Part shown: in pieces, positions 14,765 to 30,014 of the stretch
Position numbering within the stretch: the stretch's first letter is position 1
Layout: every line of letters starts with the position of its first letter
Assembly (NCBI GenBank): GCA_951406725.2
Contig: OX597836.1
Location: forward strand, 43,090,001 to 43,154,000
Origin: Octopus vulgaris
Taxonomy: Eukaryota
Direction of reading: 5' to 3'
DNA: 64,000 nt
Position numbers and translations under genes: made by a program
Notes under the pieces: model-generated
The model's database searches: none
What the model was told of the DNA's origin: nothing
The model's input: the letters and a program-made list of their open reading frames with translations, nothing else

Positions 14765-15723
14765 TATGCATATGTGGGCATAGGACGTCACGAACGTGTA
14801 CAACAAAAAATACGAAGTACGAGGACATGGAATACGAATTGCTTTTTCGAACAACGAAAGACACAAATGAAGAACAAGACAAACAACATAAAGAACGACC
14901 CTTCATCAGGTGTTGGCTGTCTTTCTACTCTTGTATTTCGAGCATTTAACAACAATATACGCTTTCGCTTTCGATAAAACAGTTGCTCCCGCAAAGAATA
15001 GTTCATATTCCATGTGCTCGCACTTCGTATTTATTTTTGTTGTACACGTTCGTGACGTTCTGTGCCCACATATCCATATATATTCTCTTTACTCTTTACT
15101 CTTTTACTTGTTTCAGTCATTTGACTGCGGCCATGCTGGAGCACCGCCTTTAGTCGAGCAAATCGACCCCGGGACTTATTCTTCGTAAGCCCAGTACTTA
15201 TTCTATCGGTCACTTTTGCCGAACCGCTAAGCGACGGGGACGTAAACACACCACCATCGGTTGTCAAGCAATGCTAGGGGGACAAACACACACACACAAA
15301 TACATACACATACACATATATACATATATATACATATATACGACAGGCTTCTTTCAGTTTCCGTCTACCAAATCTACTCACAAGGCATTGGTCGGCCCAG
15401 GGCTATAGCAGAAGACACTTGCCCAAGATGCCACGCAGTGGGACTGAACCCGGAACCATGTGGTTGGTTAGCAAGCTACTTACCACACAGCCACTCCTGC
15501 GCCTATATAATGAACTTTTTAATATTTCCCCAAGATTTTTCTTTGTAAACTGTTTTTAACATGTTCTTATTATTATCAAAGAATGTATATATGTATTTTG
15601 TGACAACCAGTACCTAACACAACAAAGCTTTTACATGTTACTTTTGACAATCTTTTTCTAAAAAAGTGAAACCGGTCAAGTGAATAAACGTTTTAAAATT
15701 GCCTTTTCAAACCTTCTTTCATA

Positions 15724-15825
<102 letters not shown>

Positions 15826-16208
15826 TATGGAGGCGCAATGGCCCAGTGGTTAGGGCAGCGGACTCGCGGTCGTAGGATCGCGGTTTCGATTCCCAGACCG
15901 GGCGTTGGGAGTGTTTATTGAGCGAAAACACCTAAAGCTCCACGAGGCTCCGGCAGGGGATGGTGGTGATCCCTGCTGTACTCTTTCACCAATCTTTCTT
16001 CTGTTGGCCTGCTCGCTTAGCCAGCTGGGTGGCATCATTCGAAGGCTAAAACAATGTGAACGCATTGTGACCAGCGATGTGTAGCAACATCTGATGGTCT
16101 GGTCGGTCACGTGATCACGTGATATATACATATATATACGTATAGATGTAAATATGTGCATATACGTATGTATATATGCATATATATGTTATTTATATTT
16201 ATATATGA

Positions 16209-16731
16209 CTAGCAGCATAGCCCGGCATTGTCCGGGTATGTAAGAGCCCCTGGAGCAGACATGATGCTCGCTGTGAATTTTTTAAAAATTCCTGCCAATT
16301 TGTGAAAGATATTGTCGAAAATATGTCATCTTGAATTTGAACGCGATTTCCCAAAATGGCATGATTTTATCGATTTTTTCTGATGGTAAGGTATTGCATG
16401 GAAAACTAACGTCAGAATTAAGTTTCTTAGGGTAACATTAAGCTTCACCATGAGTTTGGTGAAAATCGATTGCAAGTTGCAGAAACTACAACAGAAAATG
16501 TGTTGCAAATAAAAAGCTTAGATTCTCGACCCCATGTCGAATTTATCGATTTTTTTCAGAACTGGGGAAACTTTTCAAACTTTTCGCTGCGTTAGTTTTG
16601 AATTATGACATTGAGCTATGTGTGTGTCAAGTTTCATCAGAATCGGTTGAAAGCCGTGGTCAGAGTGAGGGTACAACCTGACAGACACACAGACACACAG
16701 ACAGACAAACTGCCGTTTATATATAGAGAGA
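16209..16731 (-). mobile_element. Non-autonomous Helitron
   Basis: Minus strand: host A|TCTCTCTATATATAAA ... hairpin CCCGG-ACAATG-CCGGG, 8 nt, CTAG|T host. No TSD. Confidence 0.8.
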
Positions 16732-17507
16732 TTTAACACTACGCATGTAAAAATGCATGTCTCTCTGTATGTATGTATGTATGTATGTATGTATGTATGC
16801 ATGTATGTATGTGTGTACGTTATGTATGTAAGTATGTTTGTTTGTATATATGTATTATGTACGCATGTACGTGTGTACGTTACGTTTGTATGTACGCATG
16901 CGTGTGTTTGGGCGTTTGGATTTGAGTGCGTGTTTCTATGTCTGATTGCATAACAGCATGTTTTTCGTTCTACCCATGTCGTGTGTACAAGCTGTGATTA
17001 ATGTCATGCTTTTTACTGTAGCTCAAAATATCTTAATCAGTGTAAATAATTAGTGTAGCCCTATCACCAAAACAGATGGTTCTTTAATCAAACTCGAAAC
17101 CTTAGTCAAATTGATTTTTAAGTAGTAACGCAGTTGGACACTAGGCGAATGAGGAGAGAAAATATGCTTTGGCGCACGCATGTGTGTGTGTGCAGTGATT
17201 GGTATGGCCTCTCCTGAGCTGATCATCAAAAATATATAAGCTGTGATTACCCTCAGTTTTATAGGTACCATGTTTCTCATGCTACATTACCCAATGTAGT
17301 TTTCGACATGATTTTTTTTTCCATGACCATAGTGTGCAATTCAGAAAAAAAAAAGAATTAGCTGCTGTTTCTACAAGGCCGGGTAATCACGTTAGAGGCT
17401 TCTTTACAGGATTGTGTAGTTGTTTACTTACATATTCATGCCAACGATTTGGTTGACCGAATATACCCTTGAGGAGAGATTTGATTAACTAGTAGTAGTA
17501 GTAGTAA

Positions 17508-17560
<53 letters not shown>

Positions 17561-17583
17561 ATAATAATTATAATAATAATAAC

Positions 17584-17639
<56 letters not shown>

Positions 17640-17650
17640 TGATAATAATA

Positions 17651-18585
17651 GCCCTGATGCAGTACCAGGCAGTGGCTCTCATGGCTTCTGATCTTAACTG
17701 ATTGGAAGTGTTATCAAGTACATTGTTTTGTCTTGGTATAAGGGTAAAGACCCCCTTCGGTCATGAATGACCATGGGATTGCACCTAGAAAGTTACCTTC
17801 CTAGACACAAGTCCAGGCAAGGTTGTTTATGGAAGACCAGCAGTCGCCCATGCATACCAGCCTCCCCTCTCCACGCCACCAGTGTTATCCAAGGGAAAGA
17901 CAAAGGTCGATACAGCTTGGCACCAGTAACGTCGCAACTCATTTCTACAGCTGAGTGAACTGGAGCAACGTGAAATAAAGTGCTTTGCTCAAGAACACAA
18001 CACGCAGCCCGGTCCGGGATTCGAGCTCACAACCTCACGATCGTAAGCTCGACGCTCTAACCACTGAGCCATGCGCCTTCACAATGTAGGCGCATGGCTA
18101 CCATGTCTTTTATACCATGTCTTGGTATAAAAGATGGGCTACAGCAAATATTCTGCTCAATACCACAGATTTGCTTGTCAGTTGTTTGACCATAACCAGT
18201 TGAGCATGTCCCTCAGTAGCTGACGATATGTGCATCTCTGATCACGAGCAGAAGTAGTGGGGGAGCATCATAGCCGTGTATTAGAGGTTTGGATATTTCA
18301 CCTTTGGAAACATGGGTGATTCGTTCAACATCCTTAAACAATCCTTATTCAGGGACCTTTTGAGCGGGATGGGCTACTTGACCAGAAGAAAATTCTAACT
18401 GGGCCCCACCTGCAAGGTCATGCGCTGTTTATCTTGATATGAGATCACAATGTCTTGCACATATGGTTGTGATGCATGTGCCTAGTGTACCCTTATCAGA
18501 CGGGTAGTCATGATGGGTATACTGGGTTTCCCATATTTTACCCCAGTGTCACTTTGATGGTATGCACTGCTCTCTCACTCAATAA
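17651..18585. repeat. Unclassified interspersed repeat bounded by (TAA)n, with a SINE-B variant inserted
   Basis: 18395-18580 matches 39575-39760; both copies are followed by AAT-rich/(AAT)n sequence. Confidence 0.6.
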
Positions 18586-18634
18586 TATATAAAATTGAAT
18601 CAAAGGTAATGCTAATGCTACTTCGTTATAATCC

Positions 18635-18694
<60 letters not shown>

Positions 18695-18697
<3 letters not shown>

Positions 18698-19600
18698 GTT
18701 TGACTTTTGCTTTGTATTTGTACAAGTTGACTCCTAGTCTCACCCAGATACCTTAAGGGACAACAAGTTAGAAGTTCATATTGGTGTTATGCCTAAGGTG
18801 TCATGTGTTTGATTTTGAACGTAGTAGTGTTCTAGAGAATGATGAAAAAACAAGAAAATTGCGAATTTGTTTTAAAATTTGAGATTACGTAGACAGTATT
18901 TTACGTAGGATATGGGCAGTTCCCACGAGCACTATCTTTTCAATTTCTGCCATTTTGGGGGTTTCCTGATATCCGAAATAGGTAGGAATCAGCCCCTTTT
19001 GCTATCATTTCCAGGGCACCTATGACAACAGGTATTGTTTTAGTCTTCAGGTTCCACATTTTGCTAATTTCTATTTCAAGATCTTTATACTTGCTCATTT
19101 TTTGGTAGGTCTTGACAGATACGTTTATATCGATTGAGACAGTCATATCAATGAGGAGGCATGTTCTTTGTCTGAAGTCTTTTACTATGATGTCTGGCCT
19201 ATTCGCATCTATCTTTCTGTTAGTAAGAATGGTGAAGTTCCAGAGGAGTGAGATGTGATCATTTTCAAGCACCGGAGGTGGTTTGTGTTCCCACCAGATA
19301 TTTTCATGGGGCAAGTCCAGGCTTTTGCAAATTACCCAGTGAATATATTGTGCAGCTCTATCATGCCTGTTGAGGTACTCTGTAGGCGCTAGAAGACTGC
19401 ATTTGGAAACAACATGATCAATGGTTTCATTTTGTTGTTGACATAAACGACATGGGCTACTACCGTTCTTTAATACGTTGGCCTGATAGTTTCTTGTAGG
19501 TAGGCATCGATCTTCGGGGCTATAATAAACCCTTCTGTTTCTGATTTTAAGCCAGAATACACAAATCAGTGAAGGGTAAGGGCTTTGTCAACATCGATAC
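18695..19600 (-). mobile_element. R4/Dong-clade LINE 3' fragment (CCHC knuckle plus RLE endonuclease)
   Basis: CRLCQQQNETIDHVVSKC..RHDRAAQYIHW, WEHKPPPVLEN, ANRPDIIV, LIDMTV, KMSKYKDL, IPVVIGALE; the 3' end abuts (TAA)n. Confidence 0.88.
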
Positions 19601-20247
19601 AACATCAGGTCCCTAACAGAAACAACCGCCATTACACTTTCCGGTTGGATCACAAGCGTGACCAACTGTAGCTTTGGAAGGACACAAGATTGAATAAAAC
19701 ACGCAGAGCTAAAACTAAATAAAACAGGAAAGGATATATTGAGATTTAGCGATATAGGAAAATGGAGAATGATCTTAGGAAAAGCTGTTGATTCTAAACA
19801 AAAAATTATAGAATGTTGATTAATTATGAGAGAGAATTAGAATGGAATGAGCTACGGAAAGATAAATTAATGATGAAATTAATGAATGAAATCTAAATTA
19901 GTAGTCAATAAAAATAATATATGTTGAATGATACCGTGGGAGACAGCAACACACTAAAAAATAATTAATCCATTTACGAGGGATAGACACCTTAGAGTTG
20001 GATTTGTCACCTTGAGGCTTCAGTGATCTGATGAGCTAGCCTTATTTAGGTTAATTTGCAAATATACAATTGTATTGTGTAATACTGAGCATACATATTA
20101 ATGTAAACATGTTCGCACAATTTCTTCCATACTGAAATTAAAAATACAAGAAGAACGATGCGTAGCAACCGTAATCCAATCTTATGGACATCACGTAAAT
20201 ATAAAGATACCTCTAATACCTACTGACTTTAGGGTTTTATATACTCC

Positions 20248-20285
<38 letters not shown>

Positions 20286-20691
20286 GTGGAGGCGCAATGG
20301 CCCAGTGGTTAGGGCAGCGGACTCGCGGTCATAGGATCGCGGTTTCGATTTCCAGACCGGGCGTTGTGAGTGTTTATTGAGCGAAAACACCTATAAGCTT
20401 CACGAGGCTCCGGCAGGGGATGGTGGTGGTGATCCCTACTGTACTCTTTCACCACAACTTTCTCTCACTCTTACTTCCTGTTTCTGTTGTACCTGTATTT
20501 CAAGGGGCCGGCCTTGTCACTCTCTGTGTCACGCTGAATATCCCCGAGAACACGTTAAGGGTGCACGTGTCTGTGGAGTGCTCAGCCACTTACACGTTAA
20601 TTTCACGAGCAGGCTGTTCCGTTGATTCGGATCAACTGGAACCCTCATCGTCGTAACCGACGGAGTGCTTAAGAAGATTATTATAATAATA

Positions 20692-20738
<47 letters not shown>

Positions 20739-21328
20739 AGACTCAAGAAACCTATGTGGTTAAAGATAATATACTTAGAATTATAAGGCGGCGAGCTGGC
20801 AGAAACGTTAGCACACCGGGCGAAATGCTTAGCCGTATTTCGTCTACCGCTACGTTCTGAGTTCAAATTCCGCTGAGGTCGACTTTGCCTTTCATCCTTT
20901 CAGGGTCGATTAAATAAGTACCAGTTACGCACTGGGGTCGATATAATCGACAAAATTCGTTTGTCTGTCCTTGTTTGTCCCCTCTGTGTTTAGCCCCTTG
21001 TGGGTAGTAAAGAAATAGGTATTTCGTCTGTCTTTACTTTTCGAGTTCAAATTCCATCGAGTTCGACTTTGCCTTTTCACCCTTTCGTGGTCGATAAATT
21101 AGGTACTAGTTGCGTACTGGGGTCGAGCTAATCGACTGGCCCACTCCCCCCCACACAAATTTCGGGCCTTGTGCCTAGAGTAGAAAAGCATATATTTAGA
21201 ATAATCTAACGGAATATATCTCTAAATGCTTATCATATAAGAATTATTACTGGATTTATATACTAAACTATTTTGAATACCTAACTGTGTACAAACCGGT
21301 AAACGCTTGGAGAACTCCTTTACTAAAT

Positions 21329-21367
<39 letters not shown>

Positions 21368-21478
21368 ATTTTTTTTTTTTGTAACTGCTTACAGTGTAGA
21401 TTGATAGCAGAATCCGTAAGGAGAGCCTTCTGTGTTAGCCACCCAATTCTCTATATCTACATACTTACTACTCGTTTA

Positions 21479-21520
<42 letters not shown>

Positions 21521-21694
21521 TATACGAATGAGTGAACGAACGAAAGAAAAAGGCACTCATATTTAGTAGGAATTATATGTATTATGTAAAATAGTTTGAT
21601 TTGGTTCTATACGACTTGAAGTTTCGCAGGCCTCTAACAGAAGCTCGTCTCTGTCAGGCTATATATATATAGGTATATATATATAATATATATA

Positions 21695-21768
<74 letters not shown>

Positions 21769-21809
21769 TTCAACAGAAGCCCGTCTCTATCAGGCTATAG
21801 ATTACCGAC

Positions 21810-21873
<64 letters not shown>

Positions 21874-21976
21874 TATATTTCAACAGAAGCCCGTCTCTAT
21901 CAGGCTATAGATTACCGACACATACATACACAATATATGTATATACATACATGCATACATATAAAACGAATGGTAG

Positions 21977-22028
<52 letters not shown>

Positions 22029-22041
22029 TATATCTATATAC

Positions 22042-22093
<52 letters not shown>

Positions 22094-22106
22094 GTATATA
22101 TATATG

Positions 22107-22181
<75 letters not shown>

Positions 22182-22377
22182 CATGCATACATATACTGAC
22201 CTGCTCATTTAGCCAGCGGGGTGGCGTCATTTCCAGGCTAAAACAATGCGAAGCGCATTGTGACCAGCGATGTGTAGCAACATCTGATAGCCTGGCCGGT
22301 CACGGTGATCACGGTGATCACGGTGATCACATACATATACATATATATAATACATGTATACACACACTCATTCACAA

Positions 22378-22422
<45 letters not shown>

Positions 22423-22771
22423 TATGTATGTTTGTGTATGTATAATTATTTAAGTAAAAACTTTTGTATTTAATATATTCGCTTTTCTTTATCATCATCA
22501 CTTATAGATTCTGCATTCAGCCCATCTTATATAACTCTTTTACTCTTTTACTCTTTTACTCTTTTACTTGTTTGACTGCGGCCATGCTGGAGCACCGCCT
22601 TTGATCGAGCAACTCGGCCCCGCGACTTATTCTTTTGTAAGCCCAGTACTTATTCTATCGGTCTCTTTTGCCGAACCGCTAAGTAACGGGGACATAAACA
22701 CACCAGCATCGGTTGCCAAGCAATGCTAGGGAGACAAACACAGACACACAAACACATACACATACATACAT

Positions 22772-22813
<42 letters not shown>

Positions 22814-23027
22814 TCTTTTTACTCTTTTACTTGTTTCAGTCAGTTGACTGCGCCATGCTGGAGCACCGCCTTTAGTCGAGCAACTCGACCCCGGGACTTA
22901 TTCTTTGTAAGCCCAGTACTTATTGTATCGGTCTCTTTTGTCGAACCGCTAAGTAACGGGGACATAAACACACCAGCATCGGTTGTCAAGCAATGCCAGG
23001 GAGACAAACACAGACACACAAACACAT

Positions 23028-23145
<118 letters not shown>

Positions 23146-23969
23146 TCCTGAGCGCCTTACTAATACAATTGTTTGTTTGTATTCTACCTGCCTTCGTCTT
23201 TTGTCTATTTTCATAAAGCTTCCCGTTATATATATATATATATATATGACAGGCTTCTTTTCAGTTTCCGTCTACCAAATCCACTCTCATGGCATTGGTC
23301 GACCCGAGGCTATAGCAGAAGACACTTGCCCAAGATGCCACGCAGTGGGACTGAACCCGGAACCATGTGGTCGGTAAACAAGCTACTTACCACACAGCCA
23401 CTCCTGCGCCTCGTTCACATACCTTCGCCAGCGTCTCGATTAAAGTTGCGCTATATCTAATTAAAACAATTATGTTCTTGATCCAAATCTCATTTACACA
23501 GTCATTTATAATTCATTACATTCTGCTTCTAATTCTGGAGAAATAATTTCCATAATTAAGATTTTTAATACTACCACTCTATATCTATATCATTTAATTT
23601 GATCATTAAATGCCCAGCTTGCATACAATGTACCCAACCAAGTCTGTGATATTCTTAAATCTTTTACAAGCATTATTTTGTAAACTAATAGAACCCGTGT
23701 AAATTCCACGGTTGTTTTGAAAATCGTAAGATTGGATTACTCTCTTTACTCTTTTACTCTTTTACTTGTTTCAGTCTTTTGACTGCGGCCATGCTGGAGC
23801 ACCGCCTTTTTTAGTCGAGCAAATCGACCCCGGAGACTTATTCTTTTTGTAAGCCCAGTACTTATTCTATCGGTCTCTTTTGCCGAACCGCTAAGTGACG
23901 GGCACGTAATCACACCAGCATCGGTTGTCAAGCAATGCTAGAGGGACAAACACAGACACACAAACATAT

Positions 23970-24006
<37 letters not shown>

Positions 24007-24715
24007 CATATATACGACGGGCTTCTTTCAGTTTCCGTCTACCAAATCCACTCACAAGGCATTGGTCGGCCCGAGGCTATAGCAGAAGACACTTGCCCAA
24101 GATGCCACGCAGTGGGACTGAACCCGGAACCATGTGGTTGGTTAGCAAGCTACTTACCACACAGCCACTCCTAATTTTCTTAATCATTAAAACCTTGAGA
24201 TGATGTACGAAGTCCATAAAAGTAGTATTAAAGGTACAATCTCAAGAAACATTTGAAAGATTTTATTATATTCTTACACCTCTGGTTTTGTGAGTTTTCT
24301 GTTATTTGTAACCTTGTGTTAAGAAGTAAACAGTATTAACTATGGAGTAAAATTTACGACATTAATCTATAATATTCTGCTTCACTACGATGGTAAAGTT
24401 TTAACTGATCTTATCACCGTTATTTAAAAAAAATCCTTCATTCTTTGTCACGAATGGATGTGTTTTTCTGTAGACTGGGGGTTTATCAGTATCTAGTGAG
24501 TAGAATTTGGTATATGAAAAGTGCAGAAACCTATCTCTCACATAGAGTCGGGGCAGGATATATATATATGGCAAATGAAAGACGGAAGCAACCAGTAAGC
24601 TACCAGGTGTAAAAATTCGTTTTATTATTATTATTATTATTATTATTAATAATTATTAATATTATTATTATTATTATAATTATTATTATTATTACTTTTA
24701 TTATTATTATTGTTA

Positions 24716-24790
<75 letters not shown>

Positions 24791-24893
24791 GTCAATTCAA
24801 ATAAACAATCAGTCCAAGTAAACAAATAAAATCAACGGAAGGCAAGAAGACGTACACAAGGAATGCATTAGCTTTACGCTCGGCAAAAAGAGA

Positions 24894-24926
24894 GTTGACG
24901 TTTCGAGCATAGATCTTCGTCGGAAG
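24894..24926 (-). ncRNA. Minimal Penelope-type hammerhead variant
   Basis: Minus strand reads UU-CCGACGA-A-GAUC-UAU-GCUC-GAAA-CGU-C-AA (U4C core, one stem II mismatch). Confidence 0.55.
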
Positions 24927-25057
24927 GGAGAAAGGGAAAAGTCCCAAAAAGGAAAAGAAATCACCAACAGCACTTGTGTAGTTATATATGTCTGTATGTG
25001 TGTATGTGTGTATATGTATATATATATACGAGAAAGAAGCAACAAGAATGGATTAGT

Positions 25058-25149
25058 TTTTAGTACAATTGTTTCATACAAAGACAGGCTTTATTAAAAG
25101 TTGCAAAAATTGCAGCAGATAAAAAGTGTCCCGTACTCATCAGCTAAAA
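25058..25149 (-). ncRNA. Type-I hammerhead ribozyme motif in the left arm of the inverted repeat
   Basis: Near-identical reverse-complement copy of 25519-25609, with all core nucleotides kept. Confidence 0.85.
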
Positions 25150-25518
25150 TACATATGAGTTCTCCAAACTTAGCAGTCTTGTGAATTGAACAGTAATGTG
25201 GCAAATACCTTATCATATAGCATGAAATGATACCCACCTCATTGCGGATTAACCATGGATAAATTCATCGTCTGTGAGTATGAAATTCCTCCCCATATCT
25301 CTGGAAATTTACATCTACGCTACGGATTAATTCACCTTCTCTGTGAAGCTAATAAGCTTCTTTTAAAAACCTTTTTAAAAACCTGTGATAAGACTGTGCA
25401 TCATCATTAAGGAACTTCGGAAATCTGTTTACAACCTAAATCTGCTGTTAATGAAATTATCTCCAATACTTCATAAGTATAGCCTCACCCACTAAGATGT
25501 TTGGAGAACTCATATGTA

Positions 25519-25609
25519 TTTTAGCTGATGAGTACGGGACACTTTTATCTGCTGCAATTTTTGCGACTTTTAATAAAGCCTGTCTTTGTATGAAACAATT
25601 GTACTAAAA
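25519..25609 (+). ncRNA. Type-I hammerhead ribozyme motif in the right arm of an inverted repeat
   Basis: Stem I UUUUAG/CUAAAA (6 bp); CUGAUGA at 25525-31; stem II GUACGGGACA/UGUCUUUGUAU; GAAA at 25592-95; palindromic stem III ACAAUUGU; GUA triplet. Confidence 0.85.
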
Positions 25610-25754
25610 ACTAATCCATTCTTGTTGCTTCTTTCTCGTTTATAATCACCCCACATTACTGTATGGTTAACACCATATAGTTTTCTGGTGCATCTAAGTT
25701 AAGTACCACATTCAAGTAAATTCATTGGAATTGACTTGAATCTTAATTGCTTTT

Positions 25755-25951
<197 letters not shown>

Positions 25952-26593
25952 ATGTTGAACGCACAAGTAGCTGAGTACTCCTCGGAACGCGTACCTTTAA
26001 CATAGACCTCAGGGATATTCAACCTGATACGTAATGTGACAATGCCCAGTCCTTCTGAATTACAGGTGTAGCTCATTTCTGCCAGCCGAGTAAACTGGAG
26101 CAACATGGGAGAAAGAGTCTTGTTCAAGGACACAACGGTGCCACTGGGAATCGAACACGCGACCATACGATCGTGAACCGAATACCCTGACCACGAAGCT
26201 ATGCACCTTCATACGCACAGACATACACACACATAACAACAGGAATAAAAACATTGACTATGTTGGACCTGCGTAAATGATGCACCTTCTCTTACAGGTT
26301 GAAGATATTTGAAGTAGACTTAAGAGGTGAAAAAAGGATGACGTTAGAGAGATCACGAATGGTGATGAAATAACTTCGACAAGCAACGGATTCATTGTTT
26401 AAGCAGCTGATTAGGAAATCGATCGATTAGTTTGTTGGTACAGTTACTAGCCAACAAACTAATAATAAAGAAGTGAAATTCAACAAGCGCGTGTGTTTAT
26501 TATCACTGGCGTAATGCCCCTCCCAAGATACAACAAAATTTATTCCAGCATGCGAATTCACATTATGCATCTTGCAAAACAAATACAAAAACA

Positions 26594-26626
<33 letters not shown>

Positions 26627-26704
26627 TGTATGTATGTATGTATGTATGTACGAACATACGTAAGTATGTATGAATGTGTGTATGCATGTATGTATGTATG
26701 TTTG

Positions 26705-26738
<34 letters not shown>

Positions 26739-26852
26739 TGTATGTATGTATGTATGTATGTACGTACGTACGTATGTATGTATGTATGTATGTATGTATA
26801 TATGTATGTATGAATGTGTGTATGCATGTATGTATGTATGTTTGTATGTATG

Positions 26853-26891
<39 letters not shown>

Positions 26892-27394
26892 TGCGGCTTT
26901 GCTGGAGCACCGTCTTCAGTCGAAAACATCCAGCCCAGGACTTATTCTTTGTAAGCCTAGTACTTATTCTATCGGTGTCTATTTCCGAACCGCTAGGTTA
27001 CGGGGACGTAAACACACCAACATCGGCTGTCAAGCGATGGTGGGGGAAACACACACACACACACACATGTTTTAGGTTTGCATAATGTATAATAAGAAAC
27101 GCATTCATTACGGAAACCGTCCTCGGTTGAGGCATTTCAAAAACAAAGGAATTCATAGAAAAACTTGAATATATTGAGTCGTGATCACAATTTGGGATAG
27201 ATTGTTTACAACATTAATAAAACTGAAATACTGTATGTATACACATATGCAGACACATATATAGATGGATATGTATGTATATTATTGTCTGTATATCTAT
27301 ACGTGTATATATATACTACTAATATAGGATTATTTATTTTTGGCATGGAAATAATTTTTCTTTTGCCCTTGTTTATAAGTGGTGTATGTGTATG

Positions 27395-27444
<50 letters not shown>

Positions 27445-27884
27445 ACTTGTCCTGTTTTCCATTTGCTTCTCTCGTTGTTAGCGTATTGAACTCATTTGTT
27501 TTCGTATTTCATGTTGTTTACTGTTGGTGACGTCCTGTACCCATATATGCATATGCATGTGTGTATATATATATATCATTTATATATGTATATATATTAT
27601 TCATATATGCATATATATTGTTCATATTATTATTTATATAAATACATATATATATACACACATATATACACATACACACAAAGACACACCACACACGCAT
27701 ATACATATATACTTATATACATATATAATTGCATATCTGTACATGTATGTATGTATGCATGCACACATGTATGTACGTACGTACGAATGCATGTATGTAT
27801 GTATATTTGTATGTTTTGTTTTATATATATATATTCTCATGAATATACTTGCATATCTAGACATTCTCATATATAATTAAATGA

Positions 27885-28190
27885 TAAGCTTCAGGAAAGT
27901 TTTACAGATTTTTACAGTTCCAGTGATGGCTTGAATCTGTAGTCTTCGATCAGCTTTCTCCTTTTTGGTTTTGAGAAGCTTCATTTCTCAAGATTGGTAT
28001 TTATACAGTGTGTTACACATCCCAGCGCCCCAATAATTACAACTGTAAACCTGAACTTGTAATCTGGATAGAGTAACAACAGATCTCTCAATAGTTCAGC
28101 GTTGGTATTTTCTTTTTCGCTGATGTTAACATCTGCTGGGCAGCTGATTTCCACAACTCTACACAGTTTCTCTTCTCTATCCCAAATCAT
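27885..28190 (-). mobile_element. R4-like RLE fragment; a second fragment lies on + at ~28480-28590
   Basis: IWDREEKLCRVVEISCPAD..LLYPDYKFRFTVVIIGALG; the plus copy reads GELMRNLQLLYSEYKYSFVPIVI. Confidence 0.7.
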
Positions 28191-28838
28191 TATGTATGCA
28201 TGTATGTATGTATGTATTTATGTATGTATGTATTTATGCATGTATGTACTTATGTATGTATGTATGTATGTATGTATGTATTTATGTATGTATGTATGTA
28301 TGACTGTATGTATGTATTTGTGTATGTATGTATGTATGTATGTATGTATGTATGTATGTATGTATGCATGTGTGTGTATGTATGTATGTATGTATGTATG
28401 TATGTATGTATGTATGTACGTATGTATGTATATAGGTTTTTCTGTGATTTAAATTTAAATACCTCTGAGAGAGTTCAAACCTGTTGATAACAAAGCAAGC
28501 AGAATATTTGTGGAGAATTAATGCGGAACCTACAGCTCTTGTACTCTGAGTATAAATACTCATTTGTACCTATCGTCATATGTACGTAAGGTTATGTACC
28601 AACAAATTCGCAGAAAAACATAGAAATATTCGGTTCCATGAAGAAAGGGAAAAGAAACTGATGCAGTTTCTCCAGATCCAATTTATTAACGGCACAGTGA
28701 AGAGTTGTAGGACATAGAATAAGTATCAGGCTTATAAAAAGTAAGTACTGGGACCGATACATTCGGTTGAAATTCCTTCAAGACGGTACCCCAGTATGGC
28801 CACAGTCTAATGACTGAAACAAATAAAAGATAAAGGAT

Positions 28839-28936
<98 letters not shown>

Positions 28937-29100
28937 GTGCATATTTAAAGCAATGAGAAAGTGAACGAGGAGAAAGGCCAACTTACCTTTATCGTCTGCG
29001 AAAATACTGCATAAAACAATAGTTTAAGGAATGGAGACGAAGATTCGGTGAAGATGTTTGGAACGAACGTTTTCCGTCCCATGTCGTAAGATTCGATACG

Positions 29101-29801
<701 letters not shown>

Positions 29802-30014
29802 GGATGGAACGAAAGAGTTGGAGAATGATATCAGGCGGATGAGGGTGTCACACTGATATAAAAAGCAGCCTGGTCACACACCGACCACGAAGAGGAACCG
29901 ACTGAAATATTCAGCATCCAGCTAAAAACTTTCTGCAATCATAAAAGGATTAGAAATATTCTTGTTAACAAAGTTAATCCCAATTACCCTCACTGCTACA
30001 GGGTCAAAGTAGCT

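Larger units (their letters stand above)
25028..25639. mobile_element. Penelope-like element relic with ~140-bp inverted terminal arms, each carrying a hammerhead
   Basis: 25028-25170 is the near-perfect reverse complement of 25499-25639. Confidence 0.7.

Noticed and set aside
17197-17300. CCAAT, TATATAA and TCAGTT promoter-like arrangement
   Set aside because: The TATA-Inr spacing is short and the following ATG closes after 9 codons.
20287-20365. tRNA-like sequence
   Set aside because: It is the head of SINE-B and runs into the SINE body with no proper acceptor stem or terminator.
26427-26462. 12-bp perfect hairpin TTAGTTTGTTGG/CCAACAAACTAA
   Set aside because: Too short and isolated to assign any function.
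29855-30012. TATAAAAAG followed by unique sequence, and His/Thr/Gly-rich ORFs at 29922-30591
   Set aside because: No ATG, exon or splice structure; the ORFs come from (GGT)n low complexity.
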